Source: Methanotrichaceae archaeon (lineage in GTDB: Archaea > Halobacteriota > Methanosarcinia > Methanotrichales > Methanotrichaceae). From it: a stretch of DNA of 15,264 bases. The position numbers were made by a program, and so were the translations under genes. The notes beneath the pieces are model-generated. The model had not been told where the DNA came from and ran no database searches. It saw only the letters and a program-made list of their open reading frames with translations. The stretch covers positions 1 to 15,264 of the forward strand of contig CAWEXU010000008.1 of NCBI GenBank assembly GCA_963813075.1. Direction: 5' to 3'. Shown one piece after another: positions 9,190-15,264 of this stretch (position 1 is the first letter of the stretch; each line of letters opens with the position of its first letter).

Positions 9190-9345
9190 CTTGCCTGATA
9201 TGGGCAGATGATGATCACTCGTGCGTGCAACTTCACATACGCGTTCAAAGACGCATTTGGGCATCCGCGAGATCATGGTTGTCTTTGTGTCGAGATCAAG
9301 TCTCAGGGCACAGATCAGCCTTCACTGCCCATATCAGCCTTGCCT
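9190..9345 (-). ncRNA. Putative bridge/seek RNA of the IS110 element (boundaries approximate)
   Basis: 13-bp perfect closing IR (9195-9207/9325-9337). Two internal loops, each with a small hairpin (loops CUUGA, CUUUGA) flanked by 7-9 nt segments matching the target site and the element ends. Confidence 0.8.
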
Positions 9346-9463
9346 ATGACTCTATGGGTTTTTCATGCTTTGGGCATGATCCCTGCCTGAGGATCATGGG
9401 CTCTTTGTGGGATAAAGCCTGAACTTGTAAGCCTTAAGCATGTACAGTTCTAAGCCGTTATAG

Positions 9464-9471
9464 TATATTAA
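9464..9471 (-). promoter_or_regulatory. TATA-like box of tnpB #1 (TTAATATA), 22 nt upstream of ATG
   Basis: Spacing fits a leaderless or near-leaderless archaeal transcript. Element #2 has an equivalent GAAAAC-TATAAA 26 nt before its ATG. Confidence 0.5.
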
Positions 9472-9544
9472 GGTTCATAGCGTAGGGCGGGGTACGATTC
9501 ATCTCCGGCCTAAAGACCGGAGCCCTCTCTACCCCTGCGCCCCC

Positions 9545-10063
9545 AGCACTGTAGACACCCTGGTCTCAAGGGTTCTGGAAGGAGCCAGGGAGGCGGGGCT
9601 TGATACCTCCAAGTACTTGCTCAATGAGATGAAGTACTCCGGCTGCCAGGCTTGCGAGTACTGCAAGTCTCATGATCACTGCCGCCTGGATGATGACGTC
9701 ACAAAGCTCTTAGAGGAGATGAAAGAAGCGGATGCCGTGGTCTTCGGCTCGCCGATATACTTCTCCCTGTTCAGCGGACAGTTCAAGCTGATGGAGGACA
9801 GGATGTACTCATTGATCGATGCGGCATTCGTCCCCCGCCTCCGCCCAGGAAAGAAGGCCATCATTGTGACCAGCCAGGCAGATGCGGAAGTTGAGAACTA
9901 TGCCAGAGCAGCGGATGATTTTGCCCTCGCCCTGAAGATGCTCGGATTTGAGGTGGCGGATATTATTCGTATGGTAGATGGCATCACCCCGGATGCCGTC
10001 CTGGCTAAAGGGGAACTGCTGGATATGGCGCGGTCTGCGGGAGCTGCCCTCGGCGGGCGTTAG
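9545..10063 (+). pseudogene. Iron-sulfur flavoprotein / NADPH-dependent FMN reductase, 5'-truncated
   Basis: Frame extends upstream of 9617 as STVDTLVSRVLEGAREAG to 9545. CQACEYC...C motif and GSPIYF present. The N-terminal FMN-binding GSPR loop and start codon are replaced by the IS left end. Confidence 0.8.
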
Positions 10064-10845
10064 AATAGACCCTGCTTAAGGCCGAGACCCTCAGGCCAAC
10101 CAGCCTGACCTTTTTTTTCTTTCTCAAGAATTGATCAACCAGTCGTTTGCCATTGTTCCGGAGAATATCCAGGTCATTGGTGGAAAAAGAGAGGGACCTG
10201 GCGCGAGTGAATGTATCGAAGTGCTCGTATCTGACCTTGACGGTGATGGTCTTGAAGCGAAAACCGCACTCGATCAGCTCACCATGAATCTCTTCTGCCA
10301 GCCCGTCCATCATCTGCAGGATGGGGGCAGCATCTTTTATATCCCTCTCAAATGTCACCTCTCTGCCAATGGATTTGGTCTCATAGTTCACTACAACCTC
10401 GCTGGGGTCGATGCCCTGGGCACGCTCATAGAGCCTCTTTCCGAGGATTCCCAGCTGCTTTACCAGGCGGTCGGGATCAGCTGCTGCCAGCTGGCCGATG
10501 GTCCTGATATCCAGATCAAGCAGTATCTCCTCCGTCCTCGGCCCCACTCCGGGTATCTTCCTGACTCCCAGAGGAGAGAGGAACTCCTTAGCTCCCTTTT
10601 CACTGATGACAGTCAATCCATAGGGCTTTCTGAAGTCTGAGCCGATCTTGGCCAGCATCTTGTTTGGGGCGACTCCGACCGAGCAGCTCAGATCCTCTCT
10701 ATCCAGGACCTCCTGCATTATTGTCCTGGCCAGGTTGGCGGCCTGATCGAGATCCTCCACTCGACCGGAGAGGTCAAGGTAGGCCTCATAAGATGCGCTG
10801 CTAACAACGCCCCGCCCCCTGCCCTCTTTGGGATCAGCGCCAACG
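10005..10845 (-). pseudogene. dinB: DNA polymerase IV (DinB) remnant, downstream part
   Basis: VGADPKEGRGRGVVSSASYEA, SVGVAPNKMLAKIGSDFRKPYG, IPGVG, KSIGREVTF and VRLVGLRVS. Lacks the N-terminus and has an internal deletion. Confidence 0.9.
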
Positions 10846-11010
10846 GTGACTACTCCCACCCCTTAAAAGGGGCAGGCTTCTACGGTTTTGATTCCGACAG
10901 ATTGTAGTCCCAATCTGAGTATATTGATTGCCGCATTCCAATCTCGATCCAAGGATAGCCCGCACTGAGGGCAGCTATGGACGCGATCAGAAAGCGTCTT
11001 TTCAACCAGA
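10828..11010 (-). ncRNA. Putative TnpB omega/reRNA of element #2 (boundaries approximate)
   Basis: Same right-end architecture as element #1. Guide would be CGTTGGCGCTGATCCC from the dinB flank. Confidence 0.5.
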
Positions 11011-12100
11011 ATGCCACACCTGGAACACATCTTAGACGTATTTCTTGGATCTACCAGTACTACCATCGAACCGGCACTTGCAGCCTTGTACGAGGTCAGA
11101 GTCACAAGCATATTCCAAGCCACGTCTGAGATGGATTTTGCTAGGCAATGGTTTTTGAGCATATTTTGAATACTAAGATCTTCAAAGGCAATCAAGCCGA
11201 ACCTGTTAACCAGATATCGACTAACCTTATGGGCAAAATCGTATCGCTTGTTAGCTATCCTTTCATGGACCCGCTCAACCATCCGAAGAGCTTTCTTTTC
11301 TCTCTGGAGTGCCTTTCGGTGCTTTTGAGAGCTTCCTTTGGACTCTGGCGAGTTCCGTTTCCTCTTCTCGGAAGAATCGAGGATTAGCTATCGTCTCACC
11401 ATTGGAAAGAGTCGCAAAGCTTTCCAGACCAACATCTACACCAACGAGAGAACCGTCTTTCCAGGGAGGCCTAAGTTGATCTTCGATCTCCACAGAAAAG
11501 CAGGCAAACCATTTACCTGTCGCAGCTCTCCTTACGGTCAGCCGTTTGATCTTGCCTTCTATGGATCTATGGAGCTTGATCTTGATATTACCAATCTTGG
11601 AAAGATAGAGCTTACCAGCATTGAGCTTGAACCCCTTCTGAGGATAGGTAAAAGAATCGTACCAACCTCTTCCCCGAAATCTTGGATATCCAGGATTCTC
11701 ACCGGCTTTGACTCTTCGGAAGAACGCCTTCAAGGCAAGATCCACCCTTTCCTGGGCATTCTGAAGGGTTTGGGAAAAGACATCGTTAAGTTCAGGCTTC
11801 TCTTCTTTCCAAGTTGGAAGAAGATTGTGCGTCTCGTACTTGGATACGGATTTGCCTTCTTTCTCCCAAGCATCTTTTCGGTATGCTAAGGTCTGATTGT
11901 ATGTCCACCGGCATAGATCTAGGGTCCTCTCCATCTTCGTCCTTTGGGACTTTGTTGGATAGATCCTAAATTTATATGCCTTGAGCATAGATACTTATTA
12001 TGCGGTTGATTGTGTTTATAGTTTTCTGCACAACGGTGGGGCACGATTCATCCCCTCCCCTGAAGGAGAGGGGTCTTCTCTGCCCCTACACCCCGACGTT
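10846..12100 (-). mobile_element. IS200/IS605-family tnpB-only element #2, 1255 bp, inserted in dinB
   Basis: Left end follows TTAT (12104-12101). Right end is GAAG-CCTGCCCCTTTTAAGGGGTGGG-AGTAGTCAC, ending at 10846. Excision restores dinB GRPVI/VGADP with no target duplication. Confidence 0.93.
10863..11988 (-). pseudogene. tnpB: TnpB with a single +1 frameshift (374 aa if corrected); possibly a sequencing error
   Basis: ORFs 11275-11988 and 10863-11282 join as ERKKALRMVERVH if one T is removed from the run at 11296-11299. All RuvC and Zn-finger motifs present. Confidence 0.9.
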
Positions 12101-12114
12101 ATAACCGGCCTTCC
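12101..12114 (-). pseudogene. dinB: Short upstream dinB fragment (GRPV-I)
   Basis: GGA AGG CCG GTT AT joins C GTT GGC GCT across element #2. An in-frame TAG lies immediately upstream. Confidence 0.75.
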
Positions 12115-12142
12115 CTAAAATCTTTTCAATCCGGGTTTTGCA

Positions 12143-12724
12143 TCATTGCGAAGACTGCTCGGAGCCCTCCAGGACATCATCTGCCAGAATCGTCAGCAAG
12201 ACCGTCAAATCCTCCATGGTTAGGATCTGGGCCAGTGCGCGATCAAAGAGCATCGTCGCGTCTGCTGGCAGATCCTCATCCCTCTTCCAAAAAAGGATTC
12301 GGACAATGACGCCGGGAAAGGCCTCCACCTCCACTGCCACATCCGCTCCCTCCACCATCCTGCCGGCAAAATCCTCCAGCAAGATCTTGACCAAGCCCTC
12401 CGGGTCCTGGCTGAATCGCTCTGCAAGCGGCCTGATTGCCCGGCGAGAGAAATTGGAGCAGAAGAGCTTTCCTCCATAGGTCTCTTTGATGGATATCCAT
12501 TCTCCTGCAGGTTCGTACCCCTTTTTCGATCTGCCGATCAGATAATGGAGCAGGAGCACCGATACCATCTCAATAGCCTGGCGGCGACTGGGCAGGAGGA
12601 GAACCTCCCTTTCCGCCTGCTTAATCTCATATCTATCTTGGAACAGTGATATACTATTGCTGGATGGAAGGCCGAGTCTTTCCAGCTCCTCCCAGGCCAT
12701 GCCCAATGCTATATCGTATCCCAT
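12143..12724 (-). CDS. DUF3786-like domain protein
   Basis: LLLHYL..., GEWIS.KE..GG..F...F..RAI.PL and LFW..DEDLPA.ATMLFD...EDL pattern. Start taken at MGYDIAL. Confidence 0.7.
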   Translation of the reverse strand: MGYDIALGMAWEELERLGLPSSNSISLFQDRYEIKQAEREVLLLPSRRQAIEMVSVLLLHYLIGRSKKGYEPAGEWISIKETYGGKLFCSNFSRRAIRPLAERFSQDPEGLVKILLEDFAGRMVEGADVAVEVEAFPGVIVRILFWKRDEDLPADATMLFDRALAQILTMEDLTVLLTILADDVLEGSEQSSQ

Positions 12725-12847
12725 TGATCTTCTCCTCTCTCTGCAAGACAACTCAAAGAAGATTACTGGCGGTCATCATCATCCTTTCGGCTGGTCAGAT
12801 GAAAAAACATAGAAAGGCTTATGCCGTCAAAAGGAGGAGAAGAAAGC

Positions 12848-13915
12848 ATGAATCTTGGGCGGAGGTTCGACATAGGGGCGGGAATTTTCGTCTTTCTGAT
12901 AATCCTTCTCACCCTTTACCTGACCTTAGACTTCCTGACAACCATCCTCTTGAGCGTGGTGCTCGTTTTTCTCCTCAAGCCCCTCTATGCCCTGTTCTTC
13001 AGGCTGACTAAAAAAAAGCAGATATCCTCATTTTTATCCATAATGCTGGTCTTCATCCTTATCCTCTCCCTGATTCTGGGGATCACCAGCGCCCTATTGG
13101 TGGAGCTGTCCTATCTGCAGTCATCAGGAGCCATATCAGATGTGGAGATTGATGAGACCATCAATGAGATCGATGCCTGGTCCAAGAGCTTTATCCCCTC
13201 CTGGCTTTACAACTCCATAATCGAGATCGCCCTGCGCTATGTGCAGGAGATAAGCGACATTCCCATAGCGTTCGCCACCTGGGTATTTCCCATTCTGCAG
13301 CGTGAGCTCACCACCTTTGGCTCCAACCTGCCCATTCTCTTTGCCCATCTGATCGTGGTGGTATTCTTCACCTATTATCTGCTCATAGACGGCAAGGTTT
13401 TTATTGATCAGGCGGTGGATCTGGTCCCCCAGGAAAAGCAGGATATTGTCAGGCGATTTCTGGATGAGCTTTACAGCATCTACCATACTCTCTTTACCGT
13501 GTACTTCTCCACCTCCATGCTCAGCGGTGTGATGGCAGCGATTGGCTTCTCATTGCTAGGCATCCCCTATCCATTTCTGATGGGGGTGGTGGTGGCGGTA
13601 TTCACCCTCTTGCCCCTGCTGGGGCCGCCGTTCGTCTTCATTCCCATAGCAGTCTATTATCTGATCGTGGGAGACCTTTTCCGCTGCCTGATCCTCCTGG
13701 TATTTGGAACGGTGGTGCTGATGGTAATTCCTGAAAACGTTATCCGCCCACACCTGGCCATGATGAGCTCCCGGATACACCCCATACTCACCCTGCTCGC
13801 CTATACCGCACCCATATTTGTCATTGGAATCATCGGGGTGATAGTTGGCCCTACCCTCTACGGCTTCCTCCTCGCCGTCTACCGGTCGATCAATGCTGAA
13901 AGGAAAGGATTATAA
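12848..13915 (+). CDS. AI-2E (PerM-like) family transporter
   Basis: Multi-TM protein with YYLLIDG, LLPLLGP, ENVIRP, IHP and GIIGVIVGP motifs. AGGAGG upstream of ATG 12848. Confidence 0.88.
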   Translation: MNLGRRFDIGAGIFVFLIILLTLYLTLDFLTTILLSVVLVFLLKPLYALFFRLTKKKQISSFLSIMLVFILILSLILGITSALLVELSYLQSSGAISDVEIDETINEIDAWSKSFIPSWLYNSIIEIALRYVQEISDIPIAFATWVFPILQRELTTFGSNLPILFAHLIVVVFFTYYLLIDGKVFIDQAVDLVPQEKQDIVRRFLDELYSIYHTLFTVYFSTSMLSGVMAAIGFSLLGIPYPFLMGVVVAVFTLLPLLGPPFVFIPIAVYYLIVGDLFRCLILLVFGTVVLMVIPENVIRPHLAMMSSRIHPILTLLAYTAPIFVIGIIGVIVGPTLYGFLLAVYRSINAERKGL

Positions 13916-14062
13916 TCCAGGTGGCATCCTGCAATTCAGGGGATACTGCAGGTGAAGAATGAGGGATTTTGCGGTCAATTGGGGCTGAATCCTCCGAGCC
14001 AACAATATTATAATGGCTCTTCGCTGAATTATGTGGATGAGGTCCGGCAGAGAATATAGCCA

Positions 14063-14132
14063 CTGTTCCTTTGCGTCTCTGTGGTTGGGTCAGTGCACCA
14101 CGGTTCACCACAGAAGCACAAAAGACACAGAG
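14063..14132. repeat. Imperfect inverted pair of ~9-nt-periodic CACAGAG-type repeats
   Basis: CTTTGCGTCTCTGTGGT ... ACCACAGAAGCACAAAAGACACAGAG. Confidence 0.5.
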
Positions 14133-14193
14133 AATCTCCAATTCAAGTTTACCCATGCCAAATCGTGAGGATCCATTATAATTGAGAGGTTTA

Positions 14194-15093
14194 ATGGGCG
14201 GGCAGAAAGAGTATCAATTGGCGGTATTGTTCATAATCCTGGATGTTTTATTCTGGGGTTTTTCCTTTATAAGCACCAAGGTGGTCCTGTCACAGATTCC
14301 GCCTGTATCGATAGCATTCTTCAGGCAGATCATCGCTGCATCGACTCTGATAATGCTTGTTCTTTTTACCAGGACCTCATTCAAAATAGGTCGAAGGGAC
14401 ATGGGATATATCGTCCTCGCCAGCTTCTTTGGAATAGTGATGTACTTTTCCCTGGAGAATACCGGGCTTCTGTATACCACGGCATCCAATGCCTCGATGA
14501 TCGTGGCCGCCCTTCCCATATTCACCCTATTTGCCGAAGCTATGCTCTTCCGTCTGAAGGTCACCTGGAAGATGATTCTCTGCTTGATCCTTTCCACCAT
14601 TGGGGTGGCTCTGGTGGTCACAGTCGATGGGAAGGTGGATCTATCATCTGCCAGGTTTTTCGGCAATCTGCTGGTCATGGGAGCGATCATCTGCTGGGTA
14701 TTTTACACCCTGCTGAATAGAAGGCTCTCTGAGAATTACCCCTGCCTGGCTTTAACCGCTGCTCAATCAACAGTCAGCATAATTCTATTTATTCCCCTCA
14801 TCATCCCGGAGATCGAAAGATGGCCCGCGATATCCGAGATCTCTCTGCCGGTATTTGCTAATCTGCTCTTTCTAGGGGTTTTCTGCTCCGGCTTCGCCTA
14901 CATTTTTTATATTTATGCCACCAGAAGGCTGGGAGCAACGGTGGTTTCGGCCTTTTTGAACCTCATTCCAGTGGTGACAGTGGTCTTCGGCTATCTCATC
15001 TTGCACGATACCCTCTCCTGGATGCAGGTCCTTGGAATGGCACTGATAATGATCGCTTTATATCATCTTAACCGGTTGATGAAAAGGACGTAA
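14194..15093 (+). CDS. DMT/EamA family transporter
   Basis: About 10 TM segments in two repeats. WGFSF..TK, AFFR, TTASNAS...AALPI and LGAT.VS.FLNLIPV motifs. GAGGT before ATG 14194. Confidence 0.92.
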   Translation: MGGQKEYQLAVLFIILDVLFWGFSFISTKVVLSQIPPVSIAFFRQIIAASTLIMLVLFTRTSFKIGRRDMGYIVLASFFGIVMYFSLENTGLLYTTASNASMIVAALPIFTLFAEAMLFRLKVTWKMILCLILSTIGVALVVTVDGKVDLSSARFFGNLLVMGAIICWVFYTLLNRRLSENYPCLALTAAQSTVSIILFIPLIIPEIERWPAISEISLPVFANLLFLGVFCSGFAYIFYIYATRRLGATVVSAFLNLIPVVTVVFGYLILHDTLSWMQVLGMALIMIALYHLNRLMKRT

Positions 15094-15264
15094 ATCTTTA
15101 GCTGAAGAGAGGAAATGGCATATAATGCGATTCATGCCATCAAAGCCAGAGGATAACGCAGTTCCTGATTTGGAGGGAAGGGCAAAAATGGCTGGCTCGT
15201 CCAACCTCTCCATCTTAATCATCCCAAGCCACTCGATAGATAAAAGCCAGCTTTGGGCTCCTTC

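Larger units (their letters stand above)
7894..9405 (-). mobile_element. IS110-family insertion sequence, 1512 bp
   Basis: Deleting 7894-9405 restores tnpB exactly. CTT core at both junctions (7891-7893, 9403-9405). Long non-coding end upstream of the recombinase and short (35 bp) downstream end. 10-bp sub-terminal IR at 7896-7905/9358-9367. Confidence 0.93.
6799..9441 (-). pseudogene. tnpB: TnpB RNA-guided nuclease, split by IS110 (codons 1-12 at 9441-9406, remainder 7893-6799; 376 aa when rejoined)
   Basis: 9441-9406 encodes MLKAYKFRLYPT and joins in frame to KSQITKMER. RuvC motifs GIDVG, AFEDL and DRDWNAAINI plus zinc finger CSRC/CTQC are intact. Confidence 0.93.
6783..9544 (-). mobile_element. 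IS200/IS605-family tnpB-only element #1, interrupted by IS110, left-end tip missing
   Basis: Right end on the minus strand is GAAG-CCCTGCTCTTTAGGGCGGGG-AGCAGTCAC, ending at 6783. Left-end hairpin CTCCGGTCTTTAGGCCGGAG followed by ATGAATCGTACCCC (9490-9544) is homologous to element #2. No tnpA present. Confidence 0.88.

Noticed and set aside
9183..9248. 22-aa N-terminal extension of the IS110 ORF from the TTG at 9248
   Set aside because: Lies within the structured non-coding end. ATG 9182 gives the normal spacing to the first catalytic Asp.
10846..10859. MGVVT start of the 284-aa dinB ORF
   Set aside because: Derived from the IS right end, not from dinB.
6799..11988. Cas12f/CRISPR system
   Set aside because: No repeat-spacer array or cas genes. 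Both nucleases are bounded by IS200/IS605 ends.
73..14690. Many short antisense or overlapping ORFs in the track (e.g. 73-270, 4015-4611, 4769-5323, 10131-10640, 11338-11889, 14214-14690)
   Set aside because: Shadow frames of well-supported genes with no recognisable motifs.
15094..15264. Possible gene or RNA at the window end
   Set aside because: No recognisable ORF or structure in the available sequence.

Overview
Archaeal methanogen DNA (Methanothrix/Methanosaeta-like, inferred from mfnB and gene style). Housekeeping genes (ABC exporter pair, SNase-like protein, EEP nuclease, NUDIX, mfnB, HisA/F-like protein, DUF3786-like, AI-2E and EamA transporters) flank a ~5.3 kb mobile-element hotspot (6783-12100). 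The hotspot has two related tnpA-less IS200/IS605 tnpB elements. The second sits cleanly inside an already decayed dinB (TTAT target, TCAC end). The first is split at codon 13 by a 1512 bp IS110 element (7894-9405, shared core CTT/AAG). The IS110 left non-coding end reads as a bridge RNA: a 13-bp closing stem encloses two loops whose segments match the actual tnpB target site and the element's own ends. One donor guide does not match the canonical opposite strand. It matches the second arm of a long stem-bubble-stem palindrome formed at the predicted circle junction, which suggests a folded single-strand (attC-like) donor and an IS110 that may target tnpB genes. Several +1 homopolymer indels suggest assembly errors.
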